Positions 31,869-41,458 of a stretch of DNA of 64,000 nt are shown here, in pieces (the first letter of the stretch is position 1; each line of letters begins with the position of its first letter). The notes below the pieces were generated by a model. That model saw nothing but the letters and a program-made list of their open reading frames with translations, did no database searches and was not told the origin of the DNA. Both the position numbers and the translations under genes were made by a program. This DNA comes from an uncultured Candidatus Saccharibacteria bacterium (GTDB lineage: Bacteria > Patescibacteriota > Doudnabacteria > UBA920), in assembly GCA_964512925.1 (NCBI GenBank), contig CAZEKH010000002.1, positions 122,505-186,504 on the forward strand. The letters are read 5' to 3'.

Positions 31869-33074
31869 CTAACCAGCTGTGCTGGCTAAGTTATAAATTG
31901 GTAGCAGTACCCCTGCCACCAAAGCTCCCACTCCCAAACCTAAAATAATCATTATCAAAGGTTCCAATAGGGTGGTTAAAGTGGCAATCTTTGCATCTAC
32001 TTCTTTTTCATAAAAAGACGCGAGTTTATCCATAATATCGTCCAATTGAGCAGTCTGCTCGCCTACCCGCACCATTTGTGTGACAATATTAGGAAACTCC
32101 CTATGCCCGGACAATCCCTCGCTGATGCTTTTTCCAGCCGTAATCTTACTGACCGTATCGTTTAAAATTTCCCGATATATCACATTGTTGATAACATCTC
32201 CGACTATCTGCAAAGCTTTGATAATCGGGATGCCGCCGATAACTAAAGTGGATAAATTTCGGGAAAATCTGGCTAAATATATTTTTTCAAAAACATCTCC
32301 CAGTATAGGTAAATGAATTTTCATTTTATCCCAGTGGTACCTGCCAAATTCGGTAGACACAAAAAACTTTACTCCCATAGCGATGGCTATGAAAGCTAAA
32401 ATCACCATCCACCAAAACTTGTCAAAAAAATGCGTAAAAGAAATAAGTACTTTGGAGACCGTAGGAAGCTCCCCACCCTGCTCTTCTAAAACCGCGGTTA
32501 ATTTTGGCAAAACAAACTTAAACATCAAAACTCCGACAATGCCCAAAGCGCCCAAAACAAAAAGCGGATAAGTCAAGGCGCTTTTTACCTTTCCCCTTAA
32601 CTCATAGTCCTTTTCCAGCTGGGCTGCCAGATAATTCAGTGATTTATCCAAATTTCCCGATACTTCTCCTGAACGAACCAAGCTGGTATAAACATTGGTA
32701 AAAACCTTATCGTGCTTGGTCATTGCCAAGGATAAACTTTCACCATTTTCCACCGAAGAAATCAAATCTCTGGTAATAGTTAAAAGATACCGATTGCTAA
32801 TTTGTTCTTCTAAAATCCGCAAAGCCTGAATCAACGGCACACGGGCAGAAATCAAGGTTGCCAATTGTCTGGAAAATAAAACCACGTCCTTATTGCTGAC
32901 TGACTTGCCAAATGGATTTAGTTTTTGAAAGACATCTTCCTCTTTCTTGGCTAAAGAAAGAATCGTCAGCATATTTTCCGCCAAAAGCTGTTCAGCCCTG
33001 GCCTGGTCGGTTGCTACAACTATGCCTGACTTAATTTTTCCATCTTGAGTTTTTGCTTTATAAAGAAATTTCAT
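31869..33074 (-). CDS. pilC: type IV pilus platform protein PilC (T2SS F family)
   Basis: FSRQLATLISA, GEVSGNL, ALTYP, VGEQTAQL, LLEPLI. Confidence 0.93.
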   Translation of the reverse strand: MKFLYKAKTQDGKIKSGIVVATDQARAEQLLAENMLTILSLAKKEEDVFQKLNPFGKSVSNKDVVLFSRQLATLISARVPLIQALRILEEQISNRYLLTITRDLISSVENGESLSLAMTKHDKVFTNVYTSLVRSGEVSGNLDKSLNYLAAQLEKDYELRGKVKSALTYPLFVLGALGIVGVLMFKFVLPKLTAVLEEQGGELPTVSKVLISFTHFFDKFWWMVILAFIAIAMGVKFFVSTEFGRYHWDKMKIHLPILGDVFEKIYLARFSRNLSTLVIGGIPIIKALQIVGDVINNVIYREILNDTVSKITAGKSISEGLSGHREFPNIVTQMVRVGEQTAQLDDIMDKLASFYEKEVDAKIATLTTLLEPLIMIILGLGVGALVAGVLLPIYNLASTAG

Positions 33075-33104
33075 AAACTTTACTGATTACTGATTTACTG
33101 ACAA

Positions 33105-34175
33105 CTAACTTACTAAAGATAGAAAATAATCATTGTCCAAAACGTGATTTTGAGCGACTTCAAAATCCACCTGACCCTGCTTGACCAGACCAGCCAAAGT
33201 TTTATCCAAAGGCACCATACCTTCTTCCAAAGAAGTATGTATGATATTGGCAATTTCATAAATTTTATTGTCTCTGATCACATTTCTAACCGCGTGATTG
33301 GCAACCATTATTTCATATGCCGGAACCCGCCCGCCGCCGATTTTAGGTAGAAGCCTTAAAGAAATAACTCCAGTTAACACAGAAGCCAGCTGTCCGCGCA
33401 CCTGCTGCTGCTGGCCCGATGGAAACACGTCAACAATACGGTCAATGCTTTGAGCCGCGTCATTGGTATGCAAAGTGGCAAAAACCAAGTGTCCGGTTTC
33501 AGCTATGGTCAAAGCTGCGGACACAGATTCAAAGTCGCGCATCTCGCCAAGCAAAACCACGTTAATATCTTCACGAAGCGCGGCTTTTAAAGCTCCCTCA
33601 AAAGTCGGCGTATCCAGGTATAATTCGCGCTGTGAAATAATTGAGCGATTCGGAGTAAACATATATTCCACCGGATCTTCAATAGTCAAAATATGCTCCG
33701 CGCGAGTATTGTTTATTTCATTGATCATCGCAGCTAAAGCGGTTGATTTACCGTGCCCCGTCGGTCCGACTACCAAAACCAACCCCTGTCGCCTCTCAAT
33801 AAATTTTCGGAAAATCGGGGGCAGGTTCAATTCTTCGATGGTTTTAATATGATTCGGGATGGTTCTTAGCGCCACGCCCAGCACGCCCTTTTGGCGGTAA
33901 GCATTTACGCGAAAACGGATGTTGTCCTTAAAAGCGTAGGAAAAATCAATATGCATCTGCTTTTCAAACAAGCCTTTTTGCACATCGGTCAAAAGAATGT
34001 TTAGCAAATCCAAAATCGTATCATTGCTCAATACCTGATAACTATCCAAACGAATCAATGCCGTATCCACGCGAATAATAGGCGGCTCTCCGACCATTAA
34101 ATGTAAATCCGAAGCATCTCTTTCTAAAACCAATGACAACAATTTATTGAGTTCTAACTCGCTGGCTTTATACAT
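33105..34175 (-). CDS. pilT: type IV pilus retraction ATPase PilT
   Basis: ASDLHL, RFRVNAY, GPTGHGKST, TIEDPVE, ALRED, GEMRD, AETGHLVFATLHT, AVRNVIR. Confidence 0.95.
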   Translation of the reverse strand: MYKASELELNKLLSLVLERDASDLHLMVGEPPIIRVDTALIRLDSYQVLSNDTILDLLNILLTDVQKGLFEKQMHIDFSYAFKDNIRFRVNAYRQKGVLGVALRTIPNHIKTIEELNLPPIFRKFIERRQGLVLVVGPTGHGKSTALAAMINEINNTRAEHILTIEDPVEYMFTPNRSIISQRELYLDTPTFEGALKAALREDINVVLLGEMRDFESVSAALTIAETGHLVFATLHTNDAAQSIDRIVDVFPSGQQQQVRGQLASVLTGVISLRLLPKIGGGRVPAYEIMVANHAVRNVIRDNKIYEIANIIHTSLEEGMVPLDKTLAGLVKQGQVDFEVAQNHVLDNDYFLSLVS

Positions 34176-34193
34176 AGTATAAAAATTTTAAAA

Positions 34194-34625
34194 TTAAATA
34201 TTTAATATTTGGCAAGCTAACACCACTACATCTTCAGGCCGGCTTAAACGTTTATCCAAATGCCCACAAACCCCGACTGACATAATTTTTTTTAAGGTAG
34301 TATGACTTGCGTCAAAACCCAAAGTCATAATTTTTAACCGAGGAAAATTAGTTCTCAGATTTAACAAAAAATCTTCAGCTTCTTCGGGCTGCTTGGAAAA
34401 AAAATCCAAGCTTAATACTGCTAAAAACGGCTGTTTTTCCTTTATTGCCGGATGAATCGCATCCAGATTCGAGCAGGCATGGATTTGCATTTTTTTTTCG
34501 GCAAAATGCCTCTCGTATATGCCAAGCAAACTTGAAGACGGCTCTGCCACCAAAATCACTCCGGAAAAACCAGGGTTGGATATCAACTCGGAAATATCAA
34601 ATTTTTGTTTAAATATATACGCCAT
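34194..34625 (-). CDS. receiver-like (pseudo-receiver) domain protein
   Basis: ILVAE..P.LAVLSL..KIMTLG..GVCGHLDK; Ser where the phospho-acceptor Asp is expected. Confidence 0.6.
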   Translation of the reverse strand: MAYIFKQKFDISELISNPGFSGVILVAEPSSSLLGIYERHFAEKKMQIHACSNLDAIHPAIKEKQPFLAVLSLDFFSKQPEEAEDFLLNLRTNFPRLKIMTLGFDASHTTLKKIMSVGVCGHLDKRLSRPEDVVVLACQILNI

Positions 34626-34626
34626 A

Positions 34627-36378
34627 TTATTCCGTAGTTACTCTCATCACTTCGTCCAGAGTGGTCTCGCCCCGAATAATTTTTATTAAACCGTCCTGCT
34701 TCATTGTTATCATCCCCAAAGAAGCCGCGTGCTCGTACATTTTTCTTGAAGAAGATTTTGACAGCACTAATTCCTGTAGTTCAGCGTCAACTGGCAAAAC
34801 CTCATAAATGCCCATACGACCTGCATAACCTGAATTGCCGCATTTTTCACAGCCATGTCCTTTAAAAGTCTTTAGAGTCGCCATATCCAGTCCTTCCAAA
34901 TACTCGTCCGGAACCCCTTTGAGCCCGTCTCGGATTTCTTTTTCGATTCCAGGCAAAATCGGCACTTCCCCTCTGCAGTTAGAACAGATTTTTCTTACCA
35001 ATCTTTGAGCCATCACCACATTGATTGAGGAAGCGAGTAAAAAAGGTTCAATGCCCATATCAATCATTCTCGGCATCGCCCCAATGGAGTTATTGGTATG
35101 CAAAGTGGAAAATACCAAATGCCCGGTCAAGGCAGCGTGCACTGCCAGCTCAGCTGTTTCTTTGTCTCGAATTTCACCCACCATCACCACATTGGGATCT
35201 TGCCTAAGTATGCTCCGAAGACCGGCCGCAAAAGTCAGACCGATTTCCGGATTAATCTGGCTTTGATTTATCCCTTCAATAAAATATTCCACGGGGTCTT
35301 CCAAAGTGATAATGTTGACAGTCGGGGAATTTAAAATGGATAAAATTGCATAAAGCGTGGTAGATTTTCCGCTACCGGTCGGTCCGGTAATTAGAAAAAT
35401 ACCGTGAGTTTTTTTAATGTTTTCTTTTATCCATACCAAAGCGCGCCCGCGTATGCCCAGCTGTTCCAAAGTCGGAACCGAACCGGTCTTATCCAAAATA
35501 CGCATCACAATTTTTTCCCCGTAAATCAAAGGTAAAATGGAAACACGCAAATCAACGGATTTTTTTCCTACATCCATATGAAATCTTCCGTCTTGCGGCA
35601 ACCTGGATTCGTCAATTTTTAAATTGGATAAAATTTTAATTCTTGTAATAATCGCCGCGTGGACGTTTCTAGGCAACATCAAAGATGTATGCAAAATTCC
35701 ATCTATGCGGTATCTGACTCGCACATCTTTTTCCGAAGGTTCAATGTGTATATCTGAAGCATTACCCTCAATGGCATTAGTTAAAATAACTTCCACAATC
35801 TTTATAATCGGTGCTTCTTCAATGACCTGGGGAATATTGGATTTTTCAGCTTCCTGAGCAGACTTTAAACCCCCGCTTTCTTTGGTCTGAATATCTTTTA
35901 GAGCATCGCCCACTACTTTTTTTAGGTTCTTTTTCTTTCCGGAGGCAACTTCAACACCGCTCTCTGAGGCTAAATAAAGCTGAATTTGAAGATTTTGTTT
36001 TTGGCCCAAAAATTCCAAGGCTTCCAGAGCGGACAAATTTCCAGGGTTGGTTATGGCAACCTTTAAAATGCGGTCGCGATTTTCAAACGGAATAAAATTA
36101 TAAAAATTCACCGACTCCGGAGGAATGAGATTTAAAACAGCAGGAGGAATCGTAATTTGTTTTAAATCCACATAAGGTATGTTAAAAAAGGCGGCTTTAG
36201 CTTTGGCTAAATCCTCTTCTTCGATTATTTTTCGCGCAAGAAGCAGCTGGCTCACATTTTGTCCGGTTTCTTTTTCCAGCTTCTCCAGCTGTAAAATCGT
36301 ATCCTCGCTGACAAAACCATTGCTGACTAAAAATTGCCCGAAAGTTTGCGCTACGTTAGTTTTAGCAGCGGTTTCCAT
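34627..36378 (-). CDS. pilB: type IV pilus assembly ATPase PilB (GspE/PulE)
   Basis: ASDIHIEP, RYRIDG, RLPQDG, GPTGSGKSTT, TLEDPVEY, LRQDP, GEIRD, TGHLVFSTLHTN, CSNC..CEKC. Confidence 0.95.
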   Translation of the reverse strand: METAAKTNVAQTFGQFLVSNGFVSEDTILQLEKLEKETGQNVSQLLLARKIIEEEDLAKAKAAFFNIPYVDLKQITIPPAVLNLIPPESVNFYNFIPFENRDRILKVAITNPGNLSALEALEFLGQKQNLQIQLYLASESGVEVASGKKKNLKKVVGDALKDIQTKESGGLKSAQEAEKSNIPQVIEEAPIIKIVEVILTNAIEGNASDIHIEPSEKDVRVRYRIDGILHTSLMLPRNVHAAIITRIKILSNLKIDESRLPQDGRFHMDVGKKSVDLRVSILPLIYGEKIVMRILDKTGSVPTLEQLGIRGRALVWIKENIKKTHGIFLITGPTGSGKSTTLYAILSILNSPTVNIITLEDPVEYFIEGINQSQINPEIGLTFAAGLRSILRQDPNVVMVGEIRDKETAELAVHAALTGHLVFSTLHTNNSIGAMPRMIDMGIEPFLLASSINVVMAQRLVRKICSNCRGEVPILPGIEKEIRDGLKGVPDEYLEGLDMATLKTFKGHGCEKCGNSGYAGRMGIYEVLPVDAELQELVLSKSSSRKMYEHAASLGMITMKQDGLIKIIRGETTLDEVMRVTTE

Positions 36379-36386
36379 AAGCTTTT

Positions 36387-36683
36387 TTATTTAATCTCGT
36401 CTTCAAACGGGATCACCAAATCCTGCTCAGCAGTTCCCAAATCATTATCTAAGTCAATTTTAGGAAAATTGACTTGTTTAAAATTAAAAGAAGAATTTTT
36501 AAAAGCTTTATCTATATCAAAAGACGCTCCTTGGGGCAAAATTTCCTCATTTTGTACATTTGCCCCTTCCGTTGCCAGCTCTGGAGCGCTGCCGCCCTGA
36601 AAAAGACCCTTATACAAAACTATGCCGCTGATCAAAAAACATACGGCAATAACTAGAATTTGAATGATATTTTTTTTCTGCAT
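36387..36683 (-). CDS. small membrane protein of the pilus locus (PilP position)
   Basis: N-terminal TM helix; sits between pilO-like gene and pilB. Confidence 0.65.
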   Translation of the reverse strand: MQKKNIIQILVIAVCFLISGIVLYKGLFQGGSAPELATEGANVQNEEILPQGASFDIDKAFKNSSFNFKQVNFPKIDLDNDLGTAEQDLVIPFEDEIK

Positions 36684-36695
36684 AACATTTTGTTG

Positions 36696-37325
36696 TTAGG
36701 GGGCGAAATAATAAGTTTTAAAATTAATCCTAAGCCCTAACTGCCCTTTCCCGGAAGGTGTCATATCCATCCCTGTGATATCCATCAGCCTGCCGGAGTT
36801 TTCTATTTTCTGAAGGAATGATTTGAGTTGAAAAAAATCTCCATAAGCATTGACATTGCAAGATAAAGTTTTCAAAGTTCTCTTGGCATAAAACGGATCA
36901 GTGATAATTTTTTGATCATTGCCATACACCTGCTCTTCTTTGGCAGTAACCGCCACATCGCCTACAGTCACACCTGACTCATTTGCCAAGTTTTGTACTA
37001 AAATTTGAACTTTTGTCCGACGACTGTCTAAAGGCAAGGCTTCGTCTAACATTGCCAACTCAGCGGGAAATTTGCCCATCTTGGCAATCAATCCTTTTAA
37101 AGAAGCCGTTTGCGCCTGGATAGTCCCGCGTTCCTTGACTAAAACTGCCAATTCCGCGCGCTTTTCAGCCAATTCCGCGCGCTTAGGCTTGATCATAAAC
37201 CAAAAAAACAACGCAATAAAAATCAAAACCGCCAGAATTTGAATATTCGTGGATTTAAAAGATCTAACTTCCACGGAAGTTGCAGATTCTTTAGCCGAAC
37301 TTTTTGGCAGGTTAAAATTCATCAT
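36696..37325 (-). CDS. PilO-like protein
   Basis: TM plus coiled coil; G.F.QLKSFLQKIENSGRLMDI. Confidence 0.8.
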   Translation of the reverse strand: MMNFNLPKSSAKESATSVEVRSFKSTNIQILAVLIFIALFFWFMIKPKRAELAEKRAELAVLVKERGTIQAQTASLKGLIAKMGKFPAELAMLDEALPLDSRRTKVQILVQNLANESGVTVGDVAVTAKEEQVYGNDQKIITDPFYAKRTLKTLSCNVNAYGDFFQLKSFLQKIENSGRLMDITGMDMTPSGKGQLGLRINFKTYYFAP

Positions 37326-37333
37326 ATAAAAAT

Positions 37334-37921
37334 TTATTTGCTTGGCTGGGCAACAAGCCCCTCTTTTCTCAAAATCTGGGAATTAAAATTCATTCTAAAA
37401 TTTACATTTAAATTGCTCTGTCCCAACTTTTCAATTTTATTGATAGCCCCGATTTTAACATTTGAAAAGCTTCGCATAAACTCTAAAGTGTCAAAAAGCT
37501 GGAGCAATTTGTCCAATTCCTGGTTATCTTTCAAATTCACGCTCAAAGCCAAACTGCCATCCTCAGCAACCCGGATATACAAATAATGCGACCCTTTAAT
37601 GCTGAGGTCTGCGATAGCCTTAAAAAAATTGGAAAAATATGGATGCGAAGCGCTGAGATTTTGATAGGCTTTCAGCTGTCCCTGCCTGGATAAAAATTCT
37701 TTCCGCTGGGCCATATTTAAAGCCAGCTTTTTTTCCTGTGCCACCGCGGCTTTGGTTTTCGGAATTTCATTTGTTACTTTTTTTGTATCTAAAAATATCC
37801 AGAGATAATAAGCCACAAACAGCAAGGCAATAAAAGAAACTATTTTTAGTCCGGAGCCCCGGATTTTTAAAAATAAGTCTTCAGTCGAGCTTTTTTGTTT
37901 TAATAAATTGATTTGTGCCAC
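37334..37921 (-). CDS. PilN-like protein
   Basis: QINLL motif, TM, coiled coil. Confidence 0.75.
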   Translation of the reverse strand: MAQINLLKQKSSTEDLFLKIRGSGLKIVSFIALLFVAYYLWIFLDTKKVTNEIPKTKAAVAQEKKLALNMAQRKEFLSRQGQLKAYQNLSASHPYFSNFFKAIADLSIKGSHYLYIRVAEDGSLALSVNLKDNQELDKLLQLFDTLEFMRSFSNVKIGAINKIEKLGQSNLNVNFRMNFNSQILRKEGLVAQPSK

Positions 37922-37947
37922 AAAATTTTGATTTCTTTATTTTGAAA

Positions 37948-38976
37948 TTATTCTGCTCTTAAAGCGAGGCCGATTGCCACAGGTAAATTGCGGGAATAAC
38001 GTTTTAAAACCTGCTCGGCTGAGACTGAAAACGCCACATTTTTCAACGGATTGCCCAATTCCACTGGCATTTTCAGATCCGCAAAAAAATCAATAATGCC
38101 TGGCATATTGCTTCCGCCGCCAGCCAAAATTACCTTATCTAAGCGGATATCCTGCGATACATAAATCGTTAACAGCTGCTTTACCTCATTTTTCACAATA
38201 TTTAACACCGGCTTAACCGCTTCGGGGATAAAAGAAGGGCCATTGATGCCAAAATCTTTCTTAAACTGTTCGGCTCGGCTATGATTTATTCCTAAAGTTT
38301 CTGCAATTTTTGAAGTAATGGTTTCTCCTCCCACATTCAGATTGCGACTCAATTTTAAAACTCCATTTTCAATAATATTCAAACCAGTACTCTTGGCGCC
38401 TATATCTATTATAACACAATTTATCTTTTCTCCCCCGATCAGACTGCGGATTAAAGCCAAAGCTTCAATCTCAGCCGCCTCAGGATGCAAACCAGATATT
38501 TCAAAAAGCTTGCTATAATTCTCTTTAATCTGCTTAGGCACGGCAATCAGCAGAATTTTTTGGCTGGATGTTTGCGCATTTGTATCTGTAACAGTCCAAG
38601 ACAAGTCTATTTCATCCAATGCCAATGGCACGTATTTTTTGGCTTCATACTCCACAGCCCCGTCAAGCTCTTTATCGTTCATCATCGGCAGTTCAATCAC
38701 TGAAGAGAAAACCGCGCTATTGGGAAAACTAATCACAGATCTTTGAGCGCTGATACCCGCTTTTTTTATAAGGGATTTGATCAACTCTGCCATCCTGGCT
38801 AAAGATTCCGGATCGTTTTTTCCGCTTAAAGCTTCCGGAATATTGACTATCCCATAACTCTCCAAAACCCTCTCTCCCGAAGACTTCTGTCCCACCTGGG
38901 CGAGTTTAATGCTGGAGGTTCCGATATCAACCCCTAAAACAGAGCTATGTTTTTTAAACAAACCGGCTAAAAACAT
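37948..38976 (-). CDS. pilM: type IV pilus assembly protein PilM
   Basis: GVDIGTSSIK, EAKKYVP, IDIGAKST, AGGGS, VAIGLALR. Confidence 0.93.
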   Translation of the reverse strand: MFLAGLFKKHSSVLGVDIGTSSIKLAQVGQKSSGERVLESYGIVNIPEALSGKNDPESLARMAELIKSLIKKAGISAQRSVISFPNSAVFSSVIELPMMNDKELDGAVEYEAKKYVPLALDEIDLSWTVTDTNAQTSSQKILLIAVPKQIKENYSKLFEISGLHPEAAEIEALALIRSLIGGEKINCVIIDIGAKSTGLNIIENGVLKLSRNLNVGGETITSKIAETLGINHSRAEQFKKDFGINGPSFIPEAVKPVLNIVKNEVKQLLTIYVSQDIRLDKVILAGGGSNMPGIIDFFADLKMPVELGNPLKNVAFSVSAEQVLKRYSRNLPVAIGLALRAE

Positions 38977-39108
38977 TTTAAGATAAGATGAATATTTTTT
39001 TTAGTTTCTGAAACTGAATTTTACCTTTAAATCATAATATATTTTTGCCTTATTGTCAAAAAATCCCCTTGCGGGGATAAGTCTGTTTGTCTTTTTTTAA
39101 TATATAAA

Positions 39109-39184
39109 TGGTGGACCCTACCGGGCTCGAACCGGTCACCCCCACATTGCAAATGTGGTGCTCTACCAAATGAGCTAAGGGCCC
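39109..39184 (-). tRNA. tRNA-Ala(UGC)
   Basis: GGGCCCTTAGCTCA..CCACA-TTTGCAA-TGTGG..GGTTCGAGCCC..TCCACCA. Confidence 0.96.
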
Positions 39185-39214
39185 TAATCATTCTGAATTA
39201 AATGCTCAATATGA

Positions 39215-39439
39215 CTATACGGCTCCCGAAGGGAGCATATTAAACAACCATAAAACCGACAACACACACATCGCAAAGCCAAAAAGTTTCCACCAAGTAT
39301 AAGTTCCGGAAGCCATCCCGCCACCAAGATATTTTTCAGCAAAATCAATCTTTCCGGTAATTTGATCAGTCAAATATACCGCATATTTCATAAGCAGAAT
39401 ACCGGCTGCAAATAAAAGTGGGGAAAAAATGAAGCGCAT
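39215..39439 (-). CDS. small two-TM membrane protein
   Basis: 74 aa, GKIDFAEKYLGGG..GTYTWWKLFG between two hydrophobic helices. Confidence 0.75.
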   Translation of the reverse strand: MRFIFSPLLFAAGILLMKYAVYLTDQITGKIDFAEKYLGGGMASGTYTWWKLFGFAMCVLSVLWLFNMLPSGAV

Positions 39440-39488
39440 ACTTTATTTTAACTGCTTAACATTTACAATTTTTACTCTTTGACCGTTA

Positions 39489-39565
39489 TGGTGGGCGTAC
39501 CAAGATTCGAACTTGGGACCTCGTCATTATCAGTGACGCGCTCTAACCAACTGAGCTATACGCCC
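39489..39565 (-). tRNA. tRNA-Ile(GAU)
   Basis: GGGCGTATAGCTCAGTTGGTTAGAGC..CGTCA-CTGATAA-TGACG..GTTCGAATC..CCCACCA; upstream TTGTCA-17-TAGAAT (39617-39589). Confidence 0.96.
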
Positions 39566-39674
39566 TAAAACCTTTTGACAATAAAGCAATTCTAACAAAT
39601 ATGGCTTATTTTGACAATAGAAAAGGACTCAAAATTTTTGAATATTTAACCATAAATGCTACAATATCAGCATT

Positions 39675-41426
39675 ATGCTCAATACTTTAACGAAAATAAA
39701 TACCAATATCCTTAGAGAAATTGAAGACGAAAAAACCCTGCGCCAAACTTCGGAGGTGTTCTTGCTATTTTCTATGGGCAGCCAGTTTGACCACCTCATA
39801 AAGCAAAAGTTAGATGCTTTAGGTGTTTTTTGTTTAGTGGCAGACCCAGCTAAAATAACCGCCGTAGATGTTAAAAAACTCCGACCGATGGGTATAATCC
39901 TCTCCGGCGGCCCTGCTTCTGCTTACGAATACCCGCCTTTTGACGGAAAAATTTTTGATCTGGGCATTCCGGTTTTTGGCATTTGCCTGGGTTTTCAGAT
40001 GTGGGCTTACCATATCGGGGTCAAAGTCAGTCTCTCAGACAAGCGCGAATTCGGCACCCATAGTTTTTCATTATTTCCCTCCCCAGGCGTGGGGAGGGTG
40101 CCCGTAGGGCGGGAGAGGTCGAACGTGAAAAACCTAAATAATAATTTACTTTTCTCCTCTCTCCCCAAAACTTTCAATGTCCTGGAAAGCCACGGCGACA
40201 AGATCGCGGCAGACAAAAAGCTAACTCTCCTTGGCGCTACGGACAATGCCCCAGCTTCCGCCGCCCAATACAAACATCTTTTTGGCGTACAGTTCCACCC
40301 GGAAGTTACGGAAACCGAATATGGGGACAAGATTTTTGAAAATTTTGTGTTTAAAATCTGCAAAGCCAAGGACCGCTTTCCGGCCAAGTCCGAAGCGGTT
40401 AAAAAAATTGAAGCCCTCAAAAAACAAATTGCCGGCAAAAAAATCCTGCTTGCCCTTTCCGGCGGCACCGACTCCTCTGTGGTTGCCTATCTTCTAAAAC
40501 ACGCAGCTCGCGTTAACCCCCCCTCTTTTTTAAAGAGGGCGCAGGTGGGAGTTAAAATTCAAGCAATTTATATCAAAGGCATAGACCGCCCGGACGACGA
40601 AAAAAATGTCCTAAAATATTTTGGCAAACAAAAATGGATCTCGCTAAAGATAGTTGATGCTAGCAAAGAGTTTCTAACAGCCTTAAAGGGTAAAACTCAA
40701 ATGCACGAAAAGCGTCTGGCTATGAGAGCGGTCTATAAAAAAATTCTGGAAGGAGAATGTAAAAAAATTAAGGCAGACTATTTAGCCCAGGGCACGCTTT
40801 ATACGGACATTTCGGAAAGCGGACACGGCTACAGCACGGGCGCAAAAAAAGCCCAGATCAAGCTACACCACAATGTTAATTTAAATTTTAATATCCCGGA
40901 ACTTTGCCCGCTTCTCGACTGTGTCAAAGACACAGCCAGAAACATTGGCCGGGAAATTGGAGTGTCCGAAGAACTTTTGGTTCGCCATCCTTTCCCAGGT
41001 CCAGGGTTGATAGTGCGCATAGAAGGCGAAGTAACCAAAGAAAAACTGGAAGTTGCCAGGAAGATTGACGGCATATATATAGAAGAGCTAAAAAAATATA
41101 AATTATCCCCTCCTAATATAGGAGGGGTGTCCCCCAGGGGGGGACGGGGTGGTATGCGCCACACCCTCTACGACGAGATCTGGCAGGCCGGCGCAGTGGT
41201 AACCGCTTCCCAAGTTACCTGCACCAAAGGCGACGGCGCCGCAGAGGGGCACCTGGTTGCTCTATGGGCTGTCTGGTCGGTTAACGGCTTTACTGCCAGA
41301 GCCGCAGAACTTCCGTATGAATTTTTAAAAAAAGTCGCCCAAAGAATAACAAACGAAGTAAGGGAAGTCGGAGGTGTAGTATACCGTATAAGTGATAAAC
41401 CACCCGTCACTATAGAATGGGGATAA
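39675..41426 (+). CDS. guaA: GMP synthase (glutamine-hydrolysing)
   Basis: GSQF, ILSGGP, GICLGFQ, SHGD, GVQFHPEV, ALSGGTDS, QGTLY.D, HHNV, RHPFPGPGL, KPPVTIEW; three in-frame palindromic inserts. Confidence 0.95.
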   Translation: MLNTLTKINTNILREIEDEKTLRQTSEVFLLFSMGSQFDHLIKQKLDALGVFCLVADPAKITAVDVKKLRPMGIILSGGPASAYEYPPFDGKIFDLGIPVFGICLGFQMWAYHIGVKVSLSDKREFGTHSFSLFPSPGVGRVPVGRERSNVKNLNNNLLFSSLPKTFNVLESHGDKIAADKKLTLLGATDNAPASAAQYKHLFGVQFHPEVTETEYGDKIFENFVFKICKAKDRFPAKSEAVKKIEALKKQIAGKKILLALSGGTDSSVVAYLLKHAARVNPPSFLKRAQVGVKIQAIYIKGIDRPDDEKNVLKYFGKQKWISLKIVDASKEFLTALKGKTQMHEKRLAMRAVYKKILEGECKKIKADYLAQGTLYTDISESGHGYSTGAKKAQIKLHHNVNLNFNIPELCPLLDCVKDTARNIGREIGVSEELLVRHPFPGPGLIVRIEGEVTKEKLEVARKIDGIYIEELKKYKLSPPNIGGVSPRGGRGGMRHTLYDEIWQAGAVVTASQVTCTKGDGAAEGHLVALWAVWSVNGFTARAAELPYEFLKKVAQRITNEVREVGGVVYRISDKPPVTIEWG

Positions 41427-41458
41427 CATAACAAACCTCCGGCTTGCCCTCCGAAGCT

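Noticed and set aside
39566-39674. Purine riboswitch upstream of guaA (or guaB)
   Set aside because: No aptamer consensus; the guaA -10 box lies 9 nt from the ATG, leaving no room.
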